From positions 1 to 64,000 of the forward strand of contig JBMNLI010000007.1 of the NCBI GenBank assembly GCA_050952645.1: a DNA stretch of 64,000 bases. Direction: 5' to 3'. Positions 33,941-42,916 of this stretch are shown piece by piece. A model generated the notes under the pieces. It ran no database searches, was not told the DNA's origin, and saw only the letters and a program-made list of their open reading frames with translations. The translations under genes and the position numbers were made by a program. How positions within the stretch are numbered: position 1 is the stretch's first letter; every line of letters begins with the position of its first letter. Origin of the DNA: Bdellovibrionota bacterium (GTDB lineage: Bacteria > Bdellovibrionota_C > UBA2361 > CAKMMH01).

Positions 33941-34801
33941 ATGGCAATAACAATTGGTAGTAATATTACTTCTCTTAAAGCCCAAAGGCAGTTGACTAAA
34001 TCGACTGCAGGTCTTAGTGCAACGTACTCAAGACTAAGTTCGGGTTTAAGAATTAACAAAGCAAGCGATGACGCAGCAGGATTAGCAATCGCAGACTCAT
34101 TAAAAGCTGACCAAAGAGTAGCAGCAGTAGCTATAAGAAACGCTAATGATGGTATTTCAACTATAGCAATCGCTGACGGTGCTCTTTCTCAAGTGTCAGA
34201 CGTGTTAACTCGTTTAGCAGAGTTAGCAGAGCAATCGGCAAACGGTGTGTATTCAACATCGCAACGTAATGCTCTACAAAATGAGTTTAGCGCATTAGGT
34301 TCTGAGATACAACGTATCGCTACAACAACGGAGTTTAACGGCGTTAAACTTCTTGATGGAGCTGGCTCGGGTATTACTCTGCAAGTTGGCTTCGATTCTA
34401 AAGAAACATCTAGAATATCGATTACTAACGTAGCAGGTACTCTTCAAAGATTAGGCATAGGTAATGCTGATGGAGATATGACTATTTCTATTAGTGGTGA
34501 AACCATTGAAGAGGGGCAAGCTGCATCGAGAGACGCTCTAGATAAAGTAAACTTAGCAATCGGAAGCTTAGCATCTACTAGAGGTAATTTAGGTGCTGTA
34601 GAGTCAAGGTTATCAGTTACGATAAATAACCTAGAAGTTGCTAAGGAAAACTTTGCATCAGCAGAAAGCCAAATTAGAGACGTAGACGTGGCTTCAGAAG
34701 CTGCCGAGCTTACAAGATTAAATATCTTACAACAAGCAGGTGCTTCAGTTCTTGCTCAGGCAAACCAGCAACCAGCTATCGCTTTAAGCCTGTTAGCTTA
34801 A
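33941..34801 (+). CDS. fliC: Flagellin (short, essentially D0/D1 only)
   Basis: RLSSGLRINKASDDAAGLAI, RNANDGIS, FNG and C-terminal AESQIRDVDVA..ILQQAG.SVLAQANQ. ATG at 33941 is 8 nt after AGGAGG. Confidence 0.95.
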   Translation: MAITIGSNITSLKAQRQLTKSTAGLSATYSRLSSGLRINKASDDAAGLAIADSLKADQRVAAVAIRNANDGISTIAIADGALSQVSDVLTRLAELAEQSANGVYSTSQRNALQNEFSALGSEIQRIATTTEFNGVKLLDGAGSGITLQVGFDSKETSRISITNVAGTLQRLGIGNADGDMTISISGETIEEGQAASRDALDKVNLAIGSLASTRGNLGAVESRLSVTINNLEVAKENFASAESQIRDVDVASEAAELTRLNILQQAGASVLAQANQQPAIALSLLA

Positions 34802-34936
34802 AACTTAATATAGCTGATTTAAAAGCTTTGTTTCTTTTAAGTTTTGCATAATAATGAGGTTAGCAAGCCATGTAGAATGGTGCTAACCTTAGCAAAACTT
34901 TAGCAAAACTTAAAGACGTAAAACTAAAATTTTTTT

Positions 34937-34971
34937 AAAGAGATGCTAAAGTTGTCCTAGTATCTCTTTTA
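34937..34971 (+). terminator. Putative intrinsic terminator downstream of flagellin
   Basis: AAAGAGATGCTA-N9-TAGTATCTCTTT; a larger nested hairpin lies at 34839-34900. Confidence 0.55.
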
Positions 34972-34998
34972 TAAGTAAAAGTTCTTTTACGGTATAAT

Positions 34999-35066
34999 TT
35001 TTGGGCTTCGTGGGGTGAGTGATACTAATTTTAAGGTCTTAAACCTACCTTAAAACGTGAAGAGCC
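34999..35066 (+). repeat. Long copy of family A repeat (right inverted repeat)
   Basis: TTTTGGGCTTCGTGGGGTGAGTGATACTAATTTTAAGGTCTTAAACCTACCTTAAAACGTGAAGAGCC. Confidence 0.9.
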
Positions 35067-35389
35067 TAATTTTTTAAATTTTAGTAGAAATTTATCGCAA
35101 AAGAAGCTGATTTCTAAAACAAGATTATAAAAAATCTGTTTTGTAGAAAACTTAAGGATAACAAGCAGTTATAAAGAATCTACTTCTATGGCTTTTGGCG
35201 TTTTGTAAAGATTTAGCTTAATCTTTAAATACATCAAGAGCCTTTTTCTTTTATTTTTCATCTATAAACATTGAGTTCTTAAAATATATAGCTCTTCATA
35301 TCTCTGACGTTTTTTTCTATAAAGAACTTTGTTAGAGTTTTAAAATGTATTAAAGATATGGAGGACTTTTTTTAAGGTTAATTTATTAG

Positions 35390-36058
35390 ATGAAAAAGAA
35401 AATAATAAAACTAATTATAGCATTATTTATTTTTACCGTAATATTTTTAGTCCCGAGTGCTTTTGCAAAGCCTATATATGTAATTAGAAAAAACGATGGT
35501 TCAGTTTTAATTACTAATAGGACGCCACCTAAGGGAACTAATGCCGTAGTTTATACGGGACAAAGAATATACAACAACACTAAAAGTGCATATGGCAATA
35601 CTCAAGGAACATTTAGCAGAGTTCAAGGGAGCAATGCTAGTAATAATAGTGGTTATGGGGGAAAATTATTTTTAAGATATTGCGACCTTATAAAGGATGT
35701 ATCACGTTATTATAATGTATCTGAAAGTTTGATAAGAAGTGTTATCCACGTTGAGTCTTTTTATAATCCATATGCAGTTTCTAAAAAAGGCGCTCAAGGG
35801 CTTATGCAACTAATGCCTTTTGTAGCTAAAGAGTTAGGAGTTTCAAACCCATTCGTTCCAGAGCAAAATATTGAGGGAGGAACTAGACTCTTGTCGAAAC
35901 TATTAAAAAAATATAACGGCAATAGGGCTCTTGCGCTTGCGGCTTATAATGCAGGTGAGGGGGCTGTCGATAAATTCAATGGTATCCCACCTTATAAAGA
36001 AACTAGAGATTATGTAAGAAAAGTTTTAGCCTTGCAAACACGCTATGAAAGGATGTAA
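35390..36058 (+). CDS. Lytic transglycosylase (SLT domain), secreted
   Basis: Signal peptide plus VIHVES, AVSKKGAQGLMQLMP, ALAAYNAG and ETRDYV. Confidence 0.92.
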   Translation: MKKKIIKLIIALFIFTVIFLVPSAFAKPIYVIRKNDGSVLITNRTPPKGTNAVVYTGQRIYNNTKSAYGNTQGTFSRVQGSNASNNSGYGGKLFLRYCDLIKDVSRYYNVSESLIRSVIHVESFYNPYAVSKKGAQGLMQLMPFVAKELGVSNPFVPEQNIEGGTRLLSKLLKKYNGNRALALAAYNAGEGAVDKFNGIPPYKETRDYVRKVLALQTRYERM

Positions 36059-36070
36059 ACTCTTTTAAGA

Positions 36071-36227
36071 AGTTTGCAAGTTTGCAAAAATTGCGTTTAG
36101 CGAAGCTTAAGGAAAATTTGCGTTTAGCGAAGCTAAGTGTAAATTTTCCTTGGGCTCTTTGAGTGTGCATGGTTATGTGCTAATTATCTGGCTATATTTA
36201 ACTTTAGTTTGCAAGTTTGCAAAAATT
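36071..36227. repeat. Palindromic element bounded by 22-bp direct repeats
   Basis: AGTTTGCAAGTTTGCAAAAATT at 36071 and 36206; inner hairpin AAGGAAAATTT...TTAGCGAAGCTAA...AAATTTTCCTT. Confidence 0.75.
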
Positions 36228-36298
36228 TTTGTTTAGTTCCTAATATTTATAACGTGAAGAATTAGAATTTTTTTAAATTTTGTTATTAGTAAAAAATT

Positions 36299-36859
36299 AT
36301 GAAAAGACTACCTAATATTCTTACATTTACTCGTTTGTTTTTAGTTCCATTGATGGCTATTTTTATGCTTTTTCCTTATTCGCCATATATTTATATTGCT
36401 ATGGCATTATTTATTATTGCTGGACTTACAGATTTTGTTGATGGTTATTTTGCTAGAAAGTATGATGCGGTGACGGATTTGGGAAAAATTCTCGACCCCA
36501 TAGCAGATAAATTGCTAGTAATGATTACTCTTATTATGTTTTTAGGTATAAAAACTGGGAATGGTGGCAGACCTTGGGTATCTGTTATATTAGTGGCGAT
36601 TATTTTTGCGAGAGAAATTTGGATTATGGGATTAAGAACTGTGGCATCTGCAAAAGGAGTAGTTGTTCCTGCTTCAAAGGTTGCAAAATATAAAACTACA
36701 TTTCAAATGATAGCGATTGGATTTTTATTTTTAAGTAATTATACATTTCCTTTTCTTTTATGGGATTGTTGCACTATAGGCAATTTCTTGCTTTTAATTT
36801 CCACAATTTTATCTGTAATAAGTGCAGTCGATTATTCAAAAAGAATTTTAAGTTTATAG
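36299..36859 (+). CDS. pgsA: CDP-diacylglycerol--glycerol-3-phosphate 3-phosphatidyltransferase
   Basis: LPNILT..R, TDFVDGYFAR..VTDLGKILDPIADKLL and K.KT.FQM. Confidence 0.93.
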   Translation: MKRLPNILTFTRLFLVPLMAIFMLFPYSPYIYIAMALFIIAGLTDFVDGYFARKYDAVTDLGKILDPIADKLLVMITLIMFLGIKTGNGGRPWVSVILVAIIFAREIWIMGLRTVASAKGVVVPASKVAKYKTTFQMIAIGFLFLSNYTFPFLLWDCCTIGNFLLLISTILSVISAVDYSKRILSL

Positions 36860-37131
36860 AGAAATTTGAAACGTTTGTTAAATACTTATTTCATTACAGT
36901 TATTATTTTTATATTGTGAATTAAGGTTTGTAATTATATAATCTTCTTTAACCGAGTTATTTTTATTACTTATCGTAATGTATTTATAGCAGTATATACT
37001 TTTTTAAGTTTTAAAATTTTCCAAATATTATTTTCAAAAATATAATTTTTTTAAAATGTTGTAAAAGTATTATATAAGATTTTAATTATGTTAAACCTAA
37101 ATAACAACCAAAAAAATTTTATCAAAAATAG

Positions 37132-40100
37132 GTGCAAGCTCTATCTAAAGATTGTCCTACTATATGTAAATTTTGGATTACGGCTTATAATTTAGCATTA
37201 TCGAAAAAGGTGGCAACCCCTAAGCAACTAGGCTTTAAATATTTTGAGTTAAAAGGGGAGCCGTGTATAGCTAAGTATGCTATTTTAATTCCTGGTATAA
37301 AATTAGATAATGATAGTATAAAGACTACTAAACTCCCTGGGAGTTTGTGGAAGAAGGAAGAATATGCAGATTTTGTTCCCGTTGATAAAGAAAGTGAGAC
37401 GATAAAACTTAGGACAATGAAGGGAGGGAAGATTTTTATTAAGTCTGGTATAATATTAGATATATTTAAGTTGTTAGATGAGGAGTTTCCTGTAGCAGGT
37501 TCGTTTCATGTAGGTTTTTTTAGGACTGCGCAAATTTTCGATACATCTAGTTCACCTAAGGGGAGTTCGTCTAGTAGTAGTTCATCATCTAGCAGTTCAT
37601 CGTCTAGTAGGAGTAGTAGTTTATCTAGTAGCAGTGCATCTAGTAGTAGCAGCTCATCTCTAAGTTCTTCTAGCAGTAGTAGTTTAAGTAGTTCTAGCTC
37701 ATCACCAAGTAGTAGTTCGTCTAGTTCTTTAAGTTCAAGCTTATCATCTAGTAGTAGTAGTTCATCTAGTAAGAGTTCGTCTTCTAGTAGCAAAAGTAGC
37801 TCATCTAGTTCTTCTAGCAGTTCTTTAAATCCTAGTTCATCTTCTAGTAGTAAGAGTCCGTCGTTTAGCAGTTCAAGTAAGAGCAGTTCTAGTTCTAGTA
37901 AGAGTTCTTCGCCTAGTAGTAGTAGTTCATCTAGTTCTTTAAGTTTAAGTTCTTCTTCTAGTAAGAGCAGTTCGTCTAGTAGCAGTTCTTTAAGTTCTAG
38001 TTTATCGTCTAGTAGTAGTAAAAGCAGTTCTAGTTCTAGTAAGAGTTCATCGTCAAGTAGCTCTTTAAGTCCTAGTTCAAGCAAGAGTTCTTCATCTAGC
38101 AGTTCTAGCTCTTCATCTAGTAAGAGTTCATCGTCATTTAGCAAAAGCAGTTCGAGCAAGAGTAGTTCGCCAAGTAGCAGTTCTTCTAGTTCTTTAAGTA
38201 GTAAGAGTAGCTCACCAAGTTCATCAAGTAAAAGCAGTTCATCACCTAGTAGTAGTTCTTCTTCTAGTAGTTTAAGTAGCTTGCCACCAGAGCCTCCTAT
38301 TACATCGCCTAGCACTAGTTCTTATTCTAGTAGTTCTTCGTCTAGTAGTAGTAAGAAGCCACCACTACCGCCAGTAAATCCATCTAGTAGTAGCTTTTCT
38401 AGTGAAAGTGAAGATTCCACTTCGAGTGTGCCAGTTGGTGGCTGCAAACCAGATGAAGATTTTTGTTTTGGATTATGTTGCAAGAAAGGAATGTGTCGTT
38501 ATATGACCGATGGGCTTGGAAATGTTATTGCTTGGTGGTGTGATACTCAAAGTTCTTCAGCATCATCTTTACCGCCAGTAATTATAAGTGAAAGTTTTTC
38601 TTCTTTCTCGAGTGAAAGCTCATCAGAAAGTAGCTTATCTAGTGAGAGTTCGTCTGAGAGTTCTTTTGAAAGTGTTTCTGAAAGTGTTTTATCGAGTGAA
38701 AGTGAAAGTTCGGCTAGTTTTTCTTCAGCGTGTCCTCCTGAGAGGCAGTGTGATTATCTTTGTTGTGAAGAGGGGGAGGAGTGTAAAACGTATTTACAAG
38801 AAAATGCAGACGGTGAGATTATTCCAATTCCTAGTTGTGAGAAAGTGAGTGAAAGCTCGTCTAGTTTTTCTTCTGAGACGTTTAGCAGTGAAAGTTTATC
38901 TAGTGCTTCTTTAGCGTGTCCTTCTGATAGGCAGTGTGGGCATTTATGTTGCGAGGAAGGCGAAACGTGTAGTATAGAGGTGCAGGAAGAAGGAGAAGAT
39001 ATTTATATCGTATATAATTGTGTAAAAGAGAGTGTAAGTTCTAGTGAAAGCTCTTTAAAAAGTGTAGCTTCGAGCGAAAGCTTAGAAAGTAGTAGTTCAA
39101 GCAGTTCTTCTAGTTCTTTAAGTTCTAGTTCGAGTAAGAGTAGCTCACCAAGTTCATCATCTCCAAGTAGTTCAAGCAGTTCTTCTAGCTCTTCACCTAG
39201 TAGTAGCAGTTCGCCTAGTTCTTCTAGTAGTTCTAGTAAAAGCAGTTCGAGTTCATCTAGTTCTAGTAAGAGTAGCTCGCCTAGTTCATCTAGTTTAAGT
39301 AGCTCTTCTTCTAGTTCATCATCTTCAAGTAGTTCAAGCAGTTCTTCTAGTTCTTTAAGTTCTAGTTCATCATCTAGTTTTAGTAGTAGCAGTTCTTCTT
39401 CATGCAGTGAAGGTACGGAAATGTGCGGAGACGTTTGTTGCGACCCTAATAAATGTAATTCTGATACTTGTTGCCCTAACGAAGATCCTGTGCCGTGTGG
39501 AGATGAGCCGTGTTGTGATAGAAATCAATGTAATTCTGATGATTTCTGTTGCCCATCTGATCAAGTTCCGCTAAATGATGAGTGCGTAGATCCTTGTGAT
39601 AATTGTTGCGATGATAGAGAAGATACTTTTGTATATACAAATTCTTATGGGACTGAAATAACTCGTTGTTGTCCTCAAGGGACTGTTTATCGCACACCAC
39701 AAGGTAATTTATGGTGTGATGCTAACACATGTCGAAATGGTGATGGAACTGTAAATGCGACAGAAAAGCCGTGCAAAGTTGGTTATATTTATTCTTCGCA
39801 TCCTCACCCTGTTTTTGTGTGTTGTCGCCCAGAGCTATGCATAGCAGATGAAAATAATCCAGGTTATTATATATGCGATAACCAGTCTAGCAGTAGCGTT
39901 TCTTCTTCGCAAAGTCAAGATAGCGATAGCTTATCTAGTAGTAGTTTATCTTCAAGCAGTAGTTCATTATCTAGTAGCTCATCTAGTAAAAGTTCTTCTT
40001 CAAGTAGTAGTTCGCTATCTAGTTACTCATCTAGTAGCGATACTAGTAAAGAATCTATTTCCTCTGCTTCTATTTGTGTAAATGGAAGTGATGCAAGAGG

Positions 40101-40602
40101 AAATTGTTGTGAAGATGGGACAACAGAATGTGGTGATGTGTGTTGTACTATTGGAAAGTGTTTAAAAGCTCGTCGTGAATGTTGCCCAGAAGGGACTACT
40201 CCAAATGAAACTACAAAAAAATGTGAGGCACAGTGTTCAGATTGTTGCGACCTTGAATATGAATATCAGGTATATAGCAATATGTATGGTATGCAGGTTA
40301 TCACGTGTTGCCCAATTGGTGCTACGTGCGATGATTCTGGAAATGTTCAATGTGTAGGAGGGAAAACCCTTAGAACTGTTTATGCATATAGTACCGACCC
40401 AAATACTTATAAGAGTTATAGTGGGTGCTGTATAGATGAAAATTGGGAGCCAAATGGACAATTTGTTCCATGTTCTGGTTGTGTTCCTATTCAATTATAT
40501 AAATGTGGAAGTGGTTCTACTAGTAGTTCAATATCTGAAAGTACATCTATAGATAGCTTAGATGCAAGCACTTCGGCTACTAGTCATAGTAGTAATACGT
40601 GA
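37132..40602 (+). CDS. Large serine-rich / cysteine-rich repeat protein (start uncertain)
   Basis: 1156-codon ORF with three poly-Ser tracts using mixed Ser codons, alternating with duplicated CC-containing modules. Confidence 0.75.
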   Translation: MQALSKDCPTICKFWITAYNLALSKKVATPKQLGFKYFELKGEPCIAKYAILIPGIKLDNDSIKTTKLPGSLWKKEEYADFVPVDKESETIKLRTMKGGKIFIKSGIILDIFKLLDEEFPVAGSFHVGFFRTAQIFDTSSSPKGSSSSSSSSSSSSSSSRSSSLSSSSASSSSSSSLSSSSSSSLSSSSSSPSSSSSSSLSSSLSSSSSSSSSKSSSSSSKSSSSSSSSSSLNPSSSSSSKSPSFSSSSKSSSSSSKSSSPSSSSSSSSLSLSSSSSKSSSSSSSSLSSSLSSSSSKSSSSSSKSSSSSSSLSPSSSKSSSSSSSSSSSSKSSSSFSKSSSSKSSSPSSSSSSSLSSKSSSPSSSSKSSSSPSSSSSSSSLSSLPPEPPITSPSTSSYSSSSSSSSSKKPPLPPVNPSSSSFSSESEDSTSSVPVGGCKPDEDFCFGLCCKKGMCRYMTDGLGNVIAWWCDTQSSSASSLPPVIISESFSSFSSESSSESSLSSESSSESSFESVSESVLSSESESSASFSSACPPERQCDYLCCEEGEECKTYLQENADGEIIPIPSCEKVSESSSSFSSETFSSESLSSASLACPSDRQCGHLCCEEGETCSIEVQEEGEDIYIVYNCVKESVSSSESSLKSVASSESLESSSSSSSSSSLSSSSSKSSSPSSSSPSSSSSSSSSSPSSSSSPSSSSSSSKSSSSSSSSSKSSSPSSSSLSSSSSSSSSSSSSSSSSSSLSSSSSSSFSSSSSSSCSEGTEMCGDVCCDPNKCNSDTCCPNEDPVPCGDEPCCDRNQCNSDDFCCPSDQVPLNDECVDPCDNCCDDREDTFVYTNSYGTEITRCCPQGTVYRTPQGNLWCDANTCRNGDGTVNATEKPCKVGYIYSSHPHPVFVCCRPELCIADENNPGYYICDNQSSSSVSSSQSQDSDSLSSSSLSSSSSSLSSSSSSKSSSSSSSSLSSYSSSSDTSKESISSASICVNGSDARGNCCEDGTTECGDVCCTIGKCLKARRECCPEGTTPNETTKKCEAQCSDCCDLEYEYQVYSNMYGMQVITCCPIGATCDDSGNVQCVGGKTLRTVYAYSTDPNTYKSYSGCCIDENWEPNGQFVPCSGCVPIQLYKCGSGSTSSSISESTSIDSLDASTSATSHSSNT

Positions 40603-40630
40603 TTATAAAATCTTATTAAATAAAAAAATA

Positions 40631-40655
40631 GGCAAGAAGAAAATTTCTTCTTGCC
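40631..40655. terminator. Hairpin between convergent genes, probable terminator
   Basis: GGCAAGAAGAA-AAT-TTCTTCTTGCC, with an A-run on the left (U-tail on the minus strand). Confidence 0.75.
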
Positions 40656-40691
40656 CTTCAATGGAAAGCTAGCTAAATGCAAAGGTTTTCA

Positions 40692-41444
40692 TTATTTATA
40701 AATCTCAATAACGTAAAGTATTCTTTCTAAAATACCTTCATTCTTGTTTTCACGATTTAAACCAATGATGTAGACATTTTCCTTAGTAAACATTCCAAAA
40801 GTTGCGGCTTTACACATCCACCAATGATTTTGAAATTGAATTCCAGAGTCTAATGTATACTCATCTTGCATGGATTTCAAAAACACCCCAGGATCTAAGA
40901 TTACATCTTCACCATTACTATCAGCGACATATCTTTTTTCCCTTACAATAGGGTTAAGCGTATTGATTCCATCAATTAATGGCTTTTTACTCTTATTAAC
41001 CCAAATATAAGGGCTAGCATCTATTGGCTCTTTATCAAAATCCCAATTGTAATCGAGTCTTCCGTAAAAATCTTCTTCACTGTCTTCAACGACAGTAATT
41101 TTCTTTGAATAATTCTCTATCTTTTTAGGTTTAGCTCTTCCATCCCTGAACCAATAGCCATCTTTTTCAACAGCACTAACGATTTTAGAAAGCTCGTTGT
41201 TAATAGGTTCAGTGCTAACTTGTGAAACCTCTTCATTGAGAAGATTAGTTGCATCGACTGCCTTTGTAGCTTCTTGATTTTCATCGACTGCATCGTTTGG
41301 ATAAGATGCTACGTTGTCATTTTTTTCCACCTTAGTTGCGTCGGGTGGAACGATGGGAGTTTCTGGTTTTTTTTCTTTGCAACCTCCAAGAAGCAAGCAA
41401 AGGGAAACGACAAATAAGGCTGACAGGATAGAAAATTTATTCAT
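40692..41444 (-). CDS. Lipoprotein of unknown function, paralog 1
   Basis: ATG at 41444 after AAAGGAGA; lipobox LLGGC; shares the AV.KDGYWF.DG motif with the next gene. Confidence 0.75.
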   Translation of the reverse strand: MNKFSILSALFVVSLCLLLGGCKEKKPETPIVPPDATKVEKNDNVASYPNDAVDENQEATKAVDATNLLNEEVSQVSTEPINNELSKIVSAVEKDGYWFRDGRAKPKKIENYSKKITVVEDSEEDFYGRLDYNWDFDKEPIDASPYIWVNKSKKPLIDGINTLNPIVREKRYVADSNGEDVILDPGVFLKSMQDEYTLDSGIQFQNHWWMCKAATFGMFTKENVYIIGLNRENKNEGILERILYVIEIYK

Positions 41445-41780
41445 TTTCTTTCTCCTTTTTTTTCTAGTTATCAAACATGTAAAACATATTTGAAAATATC
41501 TTTGGAACGCTTTACATAAACCCATATTATGTAAAGTTTTGCGTTAGATCCTAGCGATATAGTAAAGAATATTGCAAATCTTACGCAAATATACATATAA
41601 AATCAAAATTCTTATCAATTTAAATCAAAGAAACTTTGATAATGACAACCTTAAAGTGTTCTTAAACACTTTAATTATTTTCTCAAAAATAAGCTTTTTA
41701 GTCAATTTTTATGAATATACGTTAGAGTTTTTTTTGTGGGGAGACATTTTTTATATAGATATGTATTGATGTTAAATAAA

Positions 41781-41827
41781 ATTTTAGGCAAGGATAACAG
41801 ATAGTTTGCCGTTTCCTTGCCTAAAAT
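41781..41827 (-). terminator. Hairpin downstream of lipoprotein paralog 2
   Basis: ATTTTAGGCAAGGA...TCCTTGCCTAAAAT, a 14-bp stem. Confidence 0.7.
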
Positions 41828-41836
41828 AAGGTAAAA

Positions 41837-42517
41837 CTAGTTCAGTTTAAGTACAGCGATATATTCTTTATTTTTCCAATCCCACCAAAACACCCAAATT
41901 TCCTCTTGTGCATAAAACCCCTGCTTTGACATGTCTGAGCAGTATAGTTCTACATTTATGAACGTTACGCCATTTTCGAATTTGTATTCTTCTAATGGTC
42001 CTTTCTTAAAGAGTGTGCAAGCGTCGATATTATACAACACGTTTTTCGTTTTAGCAGAAGCTAATGCTTCAAAGGTATCCATTCCAACTGTTAGTGGCTT
42101 TTTGTTCTTATTTATCCATATAAGAGTATAAGTATTTGAAGGAGTTTTTTCATCATTAAGTAAAAATCGATTAATAAAATGACCAAAAACTCCATCTTCA
42201 GAATCAAGCCAAACTCTCAACCGATCGGCGTTATTTTCCATTCTTTCAGGCTTTGTTCCATCTTTAAACCAATAGCCATCTTTTTTAACTGCTTTGATGA
42301 TTTCAGCGAACTTGCCACTAATAGGTTCGTCTGTATTTTGAGAAACGTTTTCTCGGGTAGCGTCGAGTTCTCCGTCAGTATTTTGTGTCTGTATTGCAGG
42401 TTGCTGAGCTTCTGTAGGCATGGCGTTTTCATTGTTTCCTTTGCAACCAACGACAAAGAAAGCAAGGCAAATGACCAAAATAACCGATACAAACAAATTA
42501 GTGTTAAACTTTTTCAT
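41837..42517 (-). CDS. Lipoprotein of unknown function, paralog 2
   Basis: Lipobox VVGC; motifs EPI....I..AV.KDGYWF.DG, DSE and IW.NK.KKPL..G shared with paralog 1. Confidence 0.78.
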   Translation of the reverse strand: MKKFNTNLFVSVILVICLAFFVVGCKGNNENAMPTEAQQPAIQTQNTDGELDATRENVSQNTDEPISGKFAEIIKAVKKDGYWFKDGTKPERMENNADRLRVWLDSEDGVFGHFINRFLLNDEKTPSNTYTLIWINKNKKPLTVGMDTFEALASAKTKNVLYNIDACTLFKKGPLEEYKFENGVTFINVELYCSDMSKQGFYAQEEIWVFWWDWKNKEYIAVLKLN

Positions 42518-42916
42518 TTTTGTTTCCTTTAAAAATTCAACCTTGTTGATGTAAAACCCTTTTTAGAGTATACGTTGTTATATACAAAAACGTTTATAAA
42601 ACGTCTTATGTCAAAAATAAATACCCTAAATCCCTTAAGATAAAGTTTATGAAATCTAATAAAGTTAGAAACTTATAAACTCACAGACTACTAATATTTT
42701 CTCAAAATAGCAATTTTTAGTCAATTATGTTTTGAAATAGTTAAAGGAAACCTCTAACTTTAATTAGAGTTGTAATAGCTAGGCAAACTAATTATTATAA
42801 GCTAAATCATAGAGTTAGCCTAATAATATTAAAGAGCTACATTGTTAAGCATCTTTATAAATGTTATTATTTTTCTGTTTAAAAAGAAATTTAATAGCAT
42901 TTAATAGGTTTATAGT

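Noticed and set aside
37506..38315. Leu/Glu-rich minus-strand ORF
   Set aside because: Antisense shadow of the poly-Ser tract.
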